A program made the position numbers and the translations under genes. From Candidatus Adlerbacteria bacterium (lineage in GTDB: Bacteria > Patescibacteriota > Minisyncoccia > Phycocordibacterales > SBAW01): a stretch of DNA of 64,000 nt. This document shows positions 1 through 9,425 of this stretch, piece by piece (the first letter of the stretch is position 1; every line of letters begins with the position of its first letter). The notes below the pieces were generated by a model. That model was not told the origin of the DNA. It saw only the letters and a list, made by a program, of their open reading frames with translations, and ran no database searches. The DNA is taken from assembly GCA_027451965.1 (NCBI GenBank), contig DAIDHJ010000001.1:87639-151638 (forward strand), written 5' to 3'.

Positions 1-286
1 GAGTTTCATTGAAGTATGCAAATGTGCTGGATGGGGGGATGTCGGCTATATCAATCGCTGGACCATGGAGATTACGAATAATTCCATGCACTATTACATT
101 CCTTTGGTTGTCGGGAGGCGCATCGCGCAAATCATCTTTTTTGAAACCGGACCTATTTTGGCATCAGATTATGCAAAAGCCGGAAAATACCAATCAACTG
201 GTTCAATTACTTCCCTTAAAAAAAGTTGGAAACCGGAAATGATGCTCCCTCGTCTCTACCTTGATCGAGATATACGTAAAAGATAG
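1..286 (+). CDS. dcd: dCTP deaminase, 3' part (5'-truncated by window edge)
   Basis: Frame open from base 2: ...AGWGDVGYINRWTMEITN...GRRIAQIIF, dCTP deaminase/dUTPase motifs; adjacent to thyX. Confidence 0.8.
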   Translation, partial: SFIEVCKCAGWGDVGYINRWTMEITNNSMHYYIPLVVGRRIAQIIFFETGPILASDYAKAGKYQSTGSITSLKKSWKPEMMLPRLYLDRDIRKR

Positions 287-321
287 TATAGCGTCAGACT
301 TACTGTGAAAGGGATATAACT

Positions 322-1698
322 ATGGAATTTTCCAACCTGGCACATGTACAAAAACCATTGCCGCATGGCGGGAGGGTACTTGTACTTGATACCGGGGCTC
401 TTATCGGAGCAGAGGCAGAGGCGATGCTCCAGGCGCTTCACTCTCGTTCAATCGGCGGGGTCAGGTCCCATCTAGAAAAACTAGAGAAAAAAGGACCTGC
501 CAACTTCATGGAAACCTATTACGTTGGGTATGGAGATAAGTCGATCGGCGATTGCGGAAGCACGACAATCTTCATCGAAGGGGTGTCCATGCTGGTTGCG
601 AAAGCGATTCAGGATTCACAGCTCTACAACGGACAAGAATCCTCGACTCGCTACATCGACTTTTCCAACCAACCATTTCTTAATCCCGCAGCATCTGCAG
701 CAGGAGAACAGATCCTGGAAGAGCTTCGAGCATTCCATCTGGAAGGTCTCGAAACAATGAAGGCGATCTTGGCAGAACGCCATCCCCGACAGGAACAGGA
801 GGAAGAGAAAGTGTGGCAAAAAGCCATCAATGCGCGAGCATTCGATGTCATGCGCAGTTTTCTTCCTGCCGGAGCAGTGACCAACCTTGCGTGGCACACC
901 GAACTGCGCCATGCAGCCGACCATCTCATGCGATTACGGCACCATCCGCTTGCGGAAGTGCGCACGGTAGCGGAAGCCATACAAACGGCGCTCGATGAAA
1001 AATATCCCAGTTCTTTCAAACAGAAGCGATACGAACAAACAGAATCATATGTCGAAGACTGTATGCGCTCGTACTACTTCAATTTCACCGCAGAAGAAGC
1101 GCGGCGCGTTTCTGCTGAAGAGATTGCGGTAGAACACGACGGTCTCGATCATGATCTGCTGCAGACCTACCGCACTGTATTTTCAGCACGGCCGTTCAAA
1201 GCGGAGCCGCCGAAGTATGCAGCGGAGTGCGGGAGCATGCGGTTTGCATTCTTCTTGGATTTCGGATCATTCCGCGATCTGCAGCGGCATCGGGCAGTGG
1301 TGCAGCGCATGCCGCTGCTCACTGACGCTTGGGGATTTGAGGCATGGTATCTCGCACAAATGCCGGAGGCACTGCAAGAAAAAGCCATCTCGGTGCTGGA
1401 AAAGCATCGCATGGATATACAAAAATTGCAGCTGTCTGCAGAGCTTCAGCAGTACTACCTGCCCATGGGATACCGCGTAGCATGCCGCATCACTGGAGAC
1501 TTGCCTGCCCTGCTCTGGCTTGTTGAACTGCGTTCGGGAACCGCCGTACATCCAACCTTGCGCACCGTCGCTCAAGCAATAGGAGTGAAAGTGCAGGACG
1601 CGTGCAAGCCGATCGACATTGCAGTGCACATCAATACAGAAGAAGATCGTTTCAACATCAAACGAGGGCTGCACGATATCGTGGAGAAAACCCCGTAA
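322..1698 (+). CDS. thyX: FAD-dependent thymidylate synthase, long two-domain ThyX type
   Basis: GQESSTRY and FRDLQRHR motifs; 458 aa, about twice a single ThyX domain. Confidence 0.8.
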   Translation: MEFSNLAHVQKPLPHGGRVLVLDTGALIGAEAEAMLQALHSRSIGGVRSHLEKLEKKGPANFMETYYVGYGDKSIGDCGSTTIFIEGVSMLVAKAIQDSQLYNGQESSTRYIDFSNQPFLNPAASAAGEQILEELRAFHLEGLETMKAILAERHPRQEQEEEKVWQKAINARAFDVMRSFLPAGAVTNLAWHTELRHAADHLMRLRHHPLAEVRTVAEAIQTALDEKYPSSFKQKRYEQTESYVEDCMRSYYFNFTAEEARRVSAEEIAVEHDGLDHDLLQTYRTVFSARPFKAEPPKYAAECGSMRFAFFLDFGSFRDLQRHRAVVQRMPLLTDAWGFEAWYLAQMPEALQEKAISVLEKHRMDIQKLQLSAELQQYYLPMGYRVACRITGDLPALLWLVELRSGTAVHPTLRTVAQAIGVKVQDACKPIDIAVHINTEEDRFNIKRGLHDIVEKTP

Positions 1699-1700
1699 TC

Positions 1701-1730
1701 AAAAACCGCTCCTTTCGGAGCGGTTTTTTT
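1701..1730. terminator. Bidirectional intrinsic terminator
   Basis: AAAAACCGCTCC-TTTC-GGAGCGGTTTTTTT between convergent thyX and rplK. Confidence 0.85.
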
Positions 1731-2151
1731 ATTTAATGTCTACTCCCATGGAGCGCGCCGATCCTGCAACAATTTTCATCGCGGTTTCAATGTCTGCTGC
1801 ATTGAGATCACGCATTTTCTTCTCTGCGATTTCTCGCAATTTTTCCTTGGAAAGGGTTCCGATCTTTGAAAGATTTGGTTTTCCAGAACCTTTTTCTTTA
1901 CCGAGAGCTTTCAAAATAAGAGAGGAAGCGGGAGGAGTTTTGAGTACGAAATCGTAGGTGCGATCCTGATACACACTGATCTGTGCGGGAATCAAATCCC
2001 CTTTCATGTCCTGTGTCGCCTCATTGAAGCGCTTCACGAATTCTCCGATGTTGATTCCTGCAGGACCCAACACCTGACCCATGGCAGGAGTAAGTACCGC
2101 AGCGCCGCCGGGAGCAATAATTTTTATGGTTTTCGTTACTGTTTTTGCCAT
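1729..2151 (-). CDS. rplK: 50S ribosomal protein L11
   Basis: LGPAGINIGEFVKRFN, KTPPASSLI, GSARSMG; follows nusG. Confidence 0.97.
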   Translation of the reverse strand: MAKTVTKTIKIIAPGGAAVLTPAMGQVLGPAGINIGEFVKRFNEATQDMKGDLIPAQISVYQDRTYDFVLKTPPASSLILKALGKEKGSGKPNLSKIGTLSKEKLREIAEKKMRDLNAADIETAMKIVAGSARSMGVDIK

Positions 2152-2167
2152 ACGCGACTAGAGTACC

Positions 2168-2719
2168 TTATATACGCTTTACTTGCAAAAAGTCGAGTTC
2201 AACGGGCGTCTCGCGGCCGAACATGGCTACCAATACTTTGACCTTTCCCCGCGTATGGTCGACTTCTCCAACTTTTCCATCCAAATCCTTGAATGGACCG
2301 TCTACAATGACCACGGAATCTCCCGCTGCAAGATCAATCGCATGACGCACAGATCCTTCCGCTTCATGCATGCGTCCAAGCAGCTCATCAACCTCAGACT
2401 GTTTGAGTGGGACTGCGTTGACTCCGCTTCCTACGAAACCGGTAACGCGTGGCGTATTGCGCACCACATGCCATGATTGATCATCAACAATCATTTCCAC
2501 GAGCACGTATCCTGGATAAATCTTTTCTTCTTCTTCCACACGACGACCGCCTTTGATTTTCACGGTGCGTTCCGTTGGCACTACTACATTGAAAATTTTA
2601 TTCTGCAAGCCAAGCGATTCAATACGTTGACGCAGATTACGCGCTACCGCATTTTCATATCCGGCATACGTATGGATGGCATACCATGCCCTTCCGACGC
2701 TGGTGTCTTGTTTTGACAT
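2168..2719 (-). CDS. nusG: Transcription factor NusG
   Basis: WYAIHTYAGYE, IYPGYVLVEM, VRNTPRVTGFVG, KOW domain FGRETPVEL; start set at MSKQ. Confidence 0.96.
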   Translation of the reverse strand: MSKQDTSVGRAWYAIHTYAGYENAVARNLRQRIESLGLQNKIFNVVVPTERTVKIKGGRRVEEEEKIYPGYVLVEMIVDDQSWHVVRNTPRVTGFVGSGVNAVPLKQSEVDELLGRMHEAEGSVRHAIDLAAGDSVVIVDGPFKDLDGKVGEVDHTRGKVKVLVAMFGRETPVELDFLQVKRI

Positions 2720-2729
2720 AACAGTAACT

Positions 2730-2900
2730 TTAGAGAATATGCTGCACAATTCCGGTGAAGAGATAATCGAATGCGCCAAGATATGCCGCTGTGACAAGTG
2801 TCACAACGATGACTACCACTGTATAGACAATGGTCTGGCGGCGATTCGGCCAATTTACGTGGCGAAATTCTCCCCGTACTTCGCGTAAATAATTAAACAT
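2730..2900 (-). CDS. secE: Preprotein translocase subunit SecE (56 aa, not in ORF track)
   Basis: MFNYLREVRGEFRHVNWPNRRQTIVYTVVVIVV...; secE-nusG-rplK synteny. Confidence 0.92.
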   Translation of the reverse strand: MFNYLREVRGEFRHVNWPNRRQTIVYTVVVIVVTLVTAAYLGAFDYLFTGIVQHIL

Positions 2901-2948
2901 AGATGTTTCCTAAGAAAAAAGGCCTTTTTCCGGCCTTTATTCGTTATA

Positions 2949-2976
2949 ATATTACCGCAGAACAGTGGATAGTCAA
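2949..2976 (-). promoter_or_regulatory. Putative sigma70 promoter of secE-nusG
   Basis: TTGACT-16nt-TAATAT on minus strand, followed by hairpin AAAGGCC/GGCCTTT and T tract. Confidence 0.5.
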
Positions 2977-2980
2977 GATG

Positions 2981-3778
2981 TTAGCGGATCTCGTACGTGA
3001 TGCTGACATCATCAGTAACGGTAGTTTGTCCTGGGGAAATAACTGGTGCAGAAGCGCTTGCCGCCATGGTGCGGACGCCTTCCATAATAGGAAGCGGGTT
3101 GCCTCCATTGAGATTTTCATTGAATGAGACTACGCGTACCAAAGACACACCGAGCTGCTGAGCTAGCGATGTCGCTTTCTGTTTTGCATTGGCAATTGCA
3201 TTGCTGCGTGCCATATCCTGGACTTCATTCGGATCATTGAACGTCATAGTAAGACTGCTGACTTCGGAAGCTCCTTGTTGTCCTACTCCCGAAAGCAAAT
3301 CCCCTGCCTTGGAGATATCACGAACTTTTACTGTGGTAGTTTGTCGTACTTCATATCCCGTGAGCACTTGCTTGCTCGGAGGACAGGGGATGTTTGCTAG
3401 AGCCGGGCAAACACCTCCTTGTTCATACGAGTATTGGGGTTGTATTGAATAATCGCTTGTTTGAATGTCGTTGGCACTCACTCCCGCTTGCACTAAGTAG
3501 TTGGTCACTGCATTTATTTTTGTTGCAGCATCTTGCTGCGCCGCTGCGACCGTAGGTTTGTCGGATACAACAGAAAACGTAAAGGTTGCGATATCCGGAG
3601 CTTTGAATGCTTCGCCGTGTCCGGAAACAACGATCGTATTGGTTGGCGTAATACCGGTTCCTATGTAGCGCAATCCCATTGTTGCGGCAATTGCCTGCAC
3701 TGCAAGAAACACACCAAGTAATATCAATACTACAAATAGAGCAATACGGATTTTTTTTCCTTCAAATAGTTGTTCCAT
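2981..3778 (-). CDS. SIMPL/DUF541 family protein
   Basis: N-terminal TM, IVVSGHGEAFKAPDIATFTFSV, AIANAKQKATSLAQQLGV, PGQTTVTDDVSITYEI. Confidence 0.85.
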   Translation of the reverse strand: MEQLFEGKKIRIALFVVLILLGVFLAVQAIAATMGLRYIGTGITPTNTIVVSGHGEAFKAPDIATFTFSVVSDKPTVAAAQQDAATKINAVTNYLVQAGVSANDIQTSDYSIQPQYSYEQGGVCPALANIPCPPSKQVLTGYEVRQTTTVKVRDISKAGDLLSGVGQQGASEVSSLTMTFNDPNEVQDMARSNAIANAKQKATSLAQQLGVSLVRVVSFNENLNGGNPLPIMEGVRTMAASASAPVISPGQTTVTDDVSITYEIR

Positions 3779-3892
3779 AAGACATCTTTAGATGCTAATA
3801 TCACTATTTTACTCTATTTTCTCTCCCCTTTGCATATCTTATACATACAAAAATCTCTTATAAGTGATTTTATATAGAACTTCTTTGTTAAG

Positions 3893-4258
3893 ATGGAGAT
3901 GAATCGCATGATCAAGATTAAGCGCGCATATGAGAAAGCTTCAAGTAAGGATGGCTATCGTATTTTGGTAGATCGTTTATGGCCTCGCGGCGTTTCGAAG
4001 AAACTACTCCATTTATATCGCTGGGAGAAAGACCTTGCTCCATCGACCATGCTGCGAAAATGGTTTAATCATGATCCAAAGAAATGGGCAGGATTCAAAC
4101 GAAAATATCTCACCGAGTTACGAAAAAAGGCGCCGTTGATAAAAGAACTGCGAGCTTTGAGCAGAGGGCATACAGTCACTTTGGTGTACGGAGCAAAAGA
4201 TGATGAACACAATGAAGCTGTAATATTGGCTCAAGTAGCAGGAACTAATAAAAAATAA
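3893..4258 (+). CDS. DUF488/YeaO family protein
   Basis: IKIKRAYE..DGYRILVDRLWPRGVSK..LAPSTMLRKWFNHDP; start may be ATG 3908. Confidence 0.9.
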   Translation: MEMNRMIKIKRAYEKASSKDGYRILVDRLWPRGVSKKLLHLYRWEKDLAPSTMLRKWFNHDPKKWAGFKRKYLTELRKKAPLIKELRALSRGHTVTLVYGAKDDEHNEAVILAQVAGTNKK

Positions 4259-4325
4259 TCTGGACCGAAAGGGCGAAACTAATCGAACCATCGATTGTCT
4301 CGGGGCTCTATCGGATTCGGATATC

Positions 4326-5753
4326 CTATGCTGAATCAATCTGTTTTTTTACAAACTCACGATTTAGCCAGAAACAACGTTTTGTCGCTTCGGCTCCATT
4401 AGGCAGAGGCAGGGTGTCGGATGCATCTCGTCCATGTGGTCGCACGTGTACGACATCGCTTCCCGATTTCTTAGGTAAAGAGTCGACATCGCTTTTCTTA
4501 ATCGCTATCACGGCTTCATGCCATACGCGTTGTACTTCTCCCTCTAAAATGTCATGGGGTATTGTCCAGAAAAAGACCTTGTATAAACGTCTGGAGTCTC
4601 CAACCTTGCAGTCATCATCACATTTATAAACAACGAAAAGAAATTGCTTCTGCAACTGATTCTTGAATGTACTTTCGAGTTTTTCGTCGTCTGCTCCCGC
4701 GCCCCAATCTTCTTGGATGAGTTCGAGGAATTTGAACGCTGGGAACGACATATCTTCCTTCGGCATGCCATCTCCGCGTAATTGGACCGTTTTCATTGCT
4801 ATCTCGGCCTTTTCAAACTCTTCGATTTTTTTGCCCTTTACCCCTATCATGCGACGCGCGAGCATCGCATAGAAATCCTTAGATTCAGGATTTAGACCAT
4901 CTCCAATCTTTTGCTGAATCTCTTTTACTGATTTTCCGAGAAACGGAGAGAAACGGTCGAGAATCTCCTGTTCGAAGGTCTTTCGACGTAAGGCCGATGA
5001 ATCCTTTACAGCCGCTTCGTACTCCCCAGCCGCGATTGTTGGTTCCAACATTTGTCGGAGCAAGACCGTCATATATCCGGCTTTGAAAGAGAAAGCGCGC
5101 GGCTTGGCTGCTGGCCCGCCGCTAGCTTGCGTCCGGGTCACAGAAGAATCAGCGGCTTTGGTGCATGCCGCTAGATACTGTGTGTCCCCCTCGGAGAGTT
5201 CGTGAGCTTTGCCTGCACGAATCTTCTCGACGATAGTCCGCCAATCGTTTTCAATTATGTTTCGGTCCCGCTCGGGCAACTCTTTGAAATCGAGCAATTG
5301 CGCAACAAGGACCGGATGGTCGACCATGGCTCTCTCATCTTTATGCTCATAAGAAACTAGCATGATTCTAGCGTTCTTCCGCAAGAACGAGCTGGCATCG
5401 AAATCGGCTGCTTCAGCTTCTTTTGAATAGTTGATGATGTTTAAGACTAATCGTTCCTTTGCCGAATAATCTCCGTTCCTGAGATGTTTTAGAGGAGTCG
5501 ATTTGAGTTCGACTCGGGCTTCCGGAAAATCCGGAAGAGACTCGTTCGGAGGAGTGATTCCGTAGTAGTACCTTTCCAAAATAGTCCCGAAGGAGCCGCG
5601 AGACCGACCACCTATGCGCATCTCTAGCAGCGCGTCAGGAATAGGCAGGATGCCCGGCGTCGTTCGCAAGGTCTTATGGAGCAGCCTCTTGCCATAACGC
5701 TCTATATCTGTCGGACTAGATTGATCGTATTGAGCCTGCATGGTAGGATCCAT
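4326..5753 (-). CDS. Sau3AI/MutH-family restriction endonuclease
   Basis: PDFPEARVELKSTP, AKERLVL, ELSEGDTQYLAACTK, HVRPHGRD, CFWLN; two MutH-like domains; divergent from MTase. Confidence 0.88.
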   Translation of the reverse strand: MDPTMQAQYDQSSPTDIERYGKRLLHKTLRTTPGILPIPDALLEMRIGGRSRGSFGTILERYYYGITPPNESLPDFPEARVELKSTPLKHLRNGDYSAKERLVLNIINYSKEAEAADFDASSFLRKNARIMLVSYEHKDERAMVDHPVLVAQLLDFKELPERDRNIIENDWRTIVEKIRAGKAHELSEGDTQYLAACTKAADSSVTRTQASGGPAAKPRAFSFKAGYMTVLLRQMLEPTIAAGEYEAAVKDSSALRRKTFEQEILDRFSPFLGKSVKEIQQKIGDGLNPESKDFYAMLARRMIGVKGKKIEEFEKAEIAMKTVQLRGDGMPKEDMSFPAFKFLELIQEDWGAGADDEKLESTFKNQLQKQFLFVVYKCDDDCKVGDSRRLYKVFFWTIPHDILEGEVQRVWHEAVIAIKKSDVDSLPKKSGSDVVHVRPHGRDASDTLPLPNGAEATKRCFWLNREFVKKQIDSA

Positions 5754-5758
5754 ATAAT
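5730..5758 (+). promoter_or_regulatory. Sigma70 promoter of MTase-vsr with GATC in the spacer
   Basis: TTGAGC-17nt-TATAAT; GATC at 5747-5750. Confidence 0.6.
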
Positions 5759-5768
5759 CAAAGAGTAC

Positions 5769-7043
5769 ATGAAAAAAGCAATGGGTGATAGCAAAAAAAA
5801 GATAAGAGTAATCGAACTTTTTGCAGGCGTCGGCGGATTCAGAGTCGGCCTCGAAAGGGCATCGAAGCGCTTCGAGACTGTCTGGTTTAACCAATGGGAA
5901 CCTGGAAAATCAGCAGCTTCGCAGCATGCATGGAAAATTTATTGCACGGCCTTCGGTGAGGATATTGAAAGTGCTCGAAATAAACATACAAATACAGATA
6001 TCCATCAGGTTGAGATTGATGCAATTCCCAATCACGATCTCCTCGTCGGAGGATTCCCATGTCAGGACTACTCGGTAGCACGCGTGCTGAGCCAAGCGGC
6101 CGGGCTCATCGGCAAAAAAGGGGTCTTGTGGTGGGACATCTATCGCATCCTAAAAGATAAGAAAGCTCGTGCACCTTCGTATCTCATTCTTGAGAACGTC
6201 GACAGGCTTCTTAAATCTCCCGTGTCACAGCGAGGACGCGACTTCGCAGTCATGCTCGGATCACTGGCGGAACGTGGTTATGCAGTCGAATGGCGGGTAA
6301 TTAATGCTGCAGATTATGGAATGCCGCAAAGGCGCAGGCGCGTTTATATTCTTGGATACAAAAAAGGCACGCCGCAGTTCGAATCCGTCAAACGAAACCC
6401 GGAACGATGGCTTATGCGCGACGGTGTAATGCCCAAAGCCTTTCCTGTTGAAGCCATAGCTGAAGAAAAGATTCGTTCAATCATCATCGGACCCGCTGAA
6501 GAAGCATCTAAAAAGTTCAATAAAGGCGGTAGGCAAACGCCATTTGAAAATGCTGGAGTTATGGTGGGTGGCAAAGCTTTCACAGTCAAGACAATCCCCA
6601 ATACAGAGAAGACTATGACTCTGGGAGATGTCCTCGCCAACGATTCAGAAGTGTCCACTGAGTTTTACATTCCGAAGCGTCAGCTTGCCCTGTGGAAACA
6701 ATTGAAGGACGGAAAACGAGAGATGAGACGAAGTAAGTCCGGCTTCGAATACGAATACGCCGAAGGACCTGTGGCATTCCCGGACGCACTTAATAAACCA
6801 TCTCGAACGATTGTTACCGGCGAGGGAGGTTCTACACCTTCACGATTCAAACACGTGGTCCAGACGCGTGATGGAAGACTCCGTCGGCTGATACCCAAAG
6901 AACTTGAGCGGCTGAATATGTTCCCCGAGAACCATACCGCGGGAGCATCGGATACGGCGAGAGCATTCTTTATGGGGAACGCTTTGGTAGTAGGTATAGT
7001 CACGCGACTCGGAAAGGAGTTGCTGAAAAGGATAGATGGCTGA
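5769..7043 (+). CDS. dcm: DNA cytosine-5 methyltransferase (M.Sau3AI-like)
   Basis: ELFAGVGG, GGFPCQDYS, ILENV, PQRRRRVYI, MGNA motifs. Confidence 0.93.
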   Translation: MKKAMGDSKKKIRVIELFAGVGGFRVGLERASKRFETVWFNQWEPGKSAASQHAWKIYCTAFGEDIESARNKHTNTDIHQVEIDAIPNHDLLVGGFPCQDYSVARVLSQAAGLIGKKGVLWWDIYRILKDKKARAPSYLILENVDRLLKSPVSQRGRDFAVMLGSLAERGYAVEWRVINAADYGMPQRRRRVYILGYKKGTPQFESVKRNPERWLMRDGVMPKAFPVEAIAEEKIRSIIIGPAEEASKKFNKGGRQTPFENAGVMVGGKAFTVKTIPNTEKTMTLGDVLANDSEVSTEFYIPKRQLALWKQLKDGKREMRRSKSGFEYEYAEGPVAFPDALNKPSRTIVTGEGGSTPSRFKHVVQTRDGRLRRLIPKELERLNMFPENHTAGASDTARAFFMGNALVVGIVTRLGKELLKRIDG

Positions 7044-7449
7044 CATATTCACAAAAGAAAAACGGAGCGAGATAATGTCGCGAATCCGTCCGAAAGGAAC
7101 CAAACTGGAACTGCTTGTTTTTAGCCACCTTCGCAAAGAGAAAATACATTTTCAGAAGCACTACCGAAGCGCAGTGGGCAGTCCAGATATAGCTGTACCG
7201 AGCAAGAAGCTTGCCGTTTTTATCGATGGCGACTTCTGGCATGGATGGCGGTTCTCACAATGGGAGCAGAAGCTTCCGCAGGAGTACTGGCGTGGCAAGA
7301 TTAGGGCGAATATCGACAGAGACCGGAGGACATTTGCAAAGCTTCGTCGACACGGCTGGAAGGTTTTGCGTGTGTGGGAACATGACCTGTCTAAATCCAA
7401 GCGAACCCTTACGCTCACTAAAATCGCGAAGTTTCTAACTACTTCTTGA
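7036..7449 (+). CDS. vsr: Very short patch repair endonuclease
   Basis: DIFTKEKRSEIMSRIR, GSPDI, FIDGDFWHG, GWKVLRVWEH; overlaps MTase stop. Confidence 0.93.
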   Translation: MADIFTKEKRSEIMSRIRPKGTKLELLVFSHLRKEKIHFQKHYRSAVGSPDIAVPSKKLAVFIDGDFWHGWRFSQWEQKLPQEYWRGKIRANIDRDRRTFAKLRRHGWKVLRVWEHDLSKSKRTLTLTKIAKFLTTS

Positions 7450-7617
7450 CTACCAGAGAACTTGTTTCCACCCACCCCGCAACGTCATAACAGCTGCGTT
7501 GGATATGGTCTTCTTTTCGTCCTCTGTAAGTTCTTCCGAAACTTTGTTCGCCGAATTTGCCGAATCCTGGAGCGATTTCAGAATGCGAACTGCAAGCAAC
7601 ACCAGCGTCCGCGGAAT
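7450..7617 (-). pseudogene. Possible 3' remnant of a deleted gene
   Basis: 55-codon protein-like frame ...SEELTEDEKKTISNAAVMTLRGGWKQVLW* with no ATG at its 5' end, between tRNA-His and vsr. Confidence 0.3.
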
Positions 7618-7653
7618 TCACCGCAGGAGAACTGCTCCAATTAAACACTTTCT

Positions 7654-7728
7654 TGGGCGATCGCCGGGAATCGAACCCGGATCGGGAGGACCACAATCTC
7701 CAGTGTTGACCATTACACCACGATCGCC
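7654..7728 (-). tRNA. tRNA-His(GTG)
   Basis: G-1 plus GCGATCG/CGATCGC acceptor, TTGTGGT loop, GGTTCGATTCC T arm. Confidence 0.92.
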
Positions 7729-7777
7729 ATATAAACGCCCTTATATATACCATTTCTTTCCACTTGAGAAAAGAAAT

Positions 7778-8134
7778 TTAGGATATAGATACTTTTTCTA
7801 ATAATTCCTTATCTGCTTGTGAATCTTCGAAAAAATTCATCTGCAGACTGGGAATGTAAATGTGTAAACTACCTGATTTCTGTTGCATGGAATTATTCCC
7901 TGCTATATGCGGCACAGTAGGACGCTCAAAAAATAAGCGAGGAGCTCGTGCAGTGAGCACCTTGCCATTTTTTATTTCAAAAAACATTCCATGTATAGCA
8001 AAGACCCATCCGAATGATTTTCCATGATCGTGTTTGCGGGTACGCGCTTCCGATTCCCACACAATCCACACCACATCCATCCAACGAAACAAGCGGAACA
8101 GAATAGTTCGCTTGTATGCATTGATTTGCCACAT
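7778..8134 (-). CDS. Hypothetical protein between tRNA-Leu and tRNA-His
   Basis: 118-aa ORF filling the gap; TATAGT 8 nt before ATG. Confidence 0.4.
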   Translation of the reverse strand: MWQINAYKRTILFRLFRWMDVVWIVWESEARTRKHDHGKSFGWVFAIHGMFFEIKNGKVLTARAPRLFFERPTVPHIAGNNSMQQKSGSLHIYIPSLQMNFFEDSQADKELLEKVSIS

Positions 8135-8158
8135 ATGTACTAACTATACCCAATTCTG

Positions 8159-8240
8159 TGCCCAGGAGAGGACTCGAACCTCCAAGCCTTGCGGCATATG
8201 CACCTCAAGCATACGCGTATACCAATTCCGCCACCTGGGC
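8159..8240 (-). tRNA. tRNA-Leu(GAG)
   Basis: GCCCAGG/CCTGGGC acceptor, TATGC-TTGAGGT-GCATA anticodon arm, long variable arm. Confidence 0.95.
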
Positions 8241-8250
8241 ATGAAACCTA

Positions 8251-8685
8251 TTATGCAGCAACTTCAGTTTCTTGTTGAGCGGCTGCATCTGGTACCTCTG
8301 TCACCGCCTGCTCATCTGTGTTCGCTGCTATGGTTTGTGATTTACGCATGGCACGCTTTACATCACGTGCAGCCTTGCGTCGAATGAAATACAGTTTTGC
8401 GCGGCGAGTATAGGCGCGGCGCAACAGTTCAATAGAATCTATAGAAGGAGAATAGAGTGGAAAAATTTTCTCCACCCCAACGCCGCTTGCTACCTTTCGA
8501 ACAGTAAATGTAGCTCCCGGTTCTGTGCCATGCTTTACCGCAAGCACCAACCCTTCAAATGCTTGGCGTCGTGCCTTTCCTTTTTCAATCACTTTTTGCC
8601 ACACACGAACCGTGTCCCCCGCTCGGATGCCAAGCTGGGCTCGTTCTTTCGTATTTATTGGTGTATGGACGACGGACGATTTCAC
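8251..8685 (-). CDS. rplS: 50S ribosomal protein L19
   Basis: GDTVRV..RRQAFEGLV..TFTVRKVASGVGVEKIFPLYSP..RRAKLYFIR; GTG start overlaps upstream stop. Confidence 0.96.
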   Translation of the reverse strand: MKSSVVHTPINTKERAQLGIRAGDTVRVWQKVIEKGKARRQAFEGLVLAVKHGTEPGATFTVRKVASGVGVEKIFPLYSPSIDSIELLRRAYTRRAKLYFIRRKAARDVKRAMRKSQTIAANTDEQAVTEVPDAAAQQETEVAA

Positions 8686-9425
8686 TTCGACAAGCTAACA
8701 CGATTCTCACCCTCATGCAACGCATTGGCCGCCTCTAAAAATTCCTTTGGGAGAGGCGCTTCAATAGAAATTGTTTTACCTGTCACCGGATGAGAGAAGC
8801 TGAGAGCATATGCATGCAAGGCCAAACGCGTAAATCCTAATAAGAAAGGCCGGCGCGGAGCATAGAGCATATCTCCAATGATTGGATGCTGAACAGCGGA
8901 GAAATGAACTCTGATTTGATGCGTTCGTCCCGTCTTGGGAAAGACTTCTACATAACTTGCTTGTGGGGAACGTTCGATCACTCGATATAGCGTGATCGCT
9001 TCACGCATGATTCCATGCGGCGTGCGTGCAGAACGAGGTGCAATGCCGTTGCGTCCGCTGCCAATCGGTTTATCAATAATTCCCCGCTCATCCTTAAGTG
9101 CACCGTGCACAAACGCTCGATATACCTTTCGAATCATCCTTTCTTTGAACTGTTCTTTCAGGTGCGCAAATGCCTCGGGAGTACGCGCGACTACCATAAC
9201 GCCAGATGTCTCTCTATCGAGACGATGCACAATTCCCGGACGTTCAATAACTGTGCCGTTGAGAAGTGTTTGAGGTTCTCCCACATGTGCAAGTTCTGGA
9301 TAGCGCTTGAGAAGCCAGTCCGTGAGAAGTGGGTATGCATGCTTTCCATCACCATGTACCGCCAATCCACTTGGTTTATTGAGTACAATCACCGCTTCGT
9401 CCTCGTACAGGACTGTTGGTTCCAT
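8682..9425 (-). CDS. RluA/RluD-family pseudouridine synthase
   Basis: LNKPSGLAVH, IVHRLDRETSG, TGRTHQIRVH, LHA; ATG shares its A with the tRNA-Val CCA. Confidence 0.93.
   Translation of the reverse strand: MEPTVLYEDEAVIVLNKPSGLAVHGDGKHAYPLLTDWLLKRYPELAHVGEPQTLLNGTVIERPGIVHRLDRETSGVMVVARTPEAFAHLKEQFKERMIRKVYRAFVHGALKDERGIIDKPIGSGRNGIAPRSARTPHGIMREAITLYRVIERSPQASYVEVFPKTGRTHQIRVHFSAVQHPIIGDMLYAPRRPFLLGFTRLALHAYALSFSHPVTGKTISIEAPLPKEFLEAANALHEGENRVSLSK

Noticed and set aside
4261-4295. AATCGAACC shared with the tRNA-His T arm as a possible att site
   Set aside because: Only 9 nt match, flanks differ, no integrase
5676-5894. Apparent 219-bp overlap of REase and MTase ORFs
   Set aside because: Artifact of longest-ORF calling; plausible starts are 5753 and 5769
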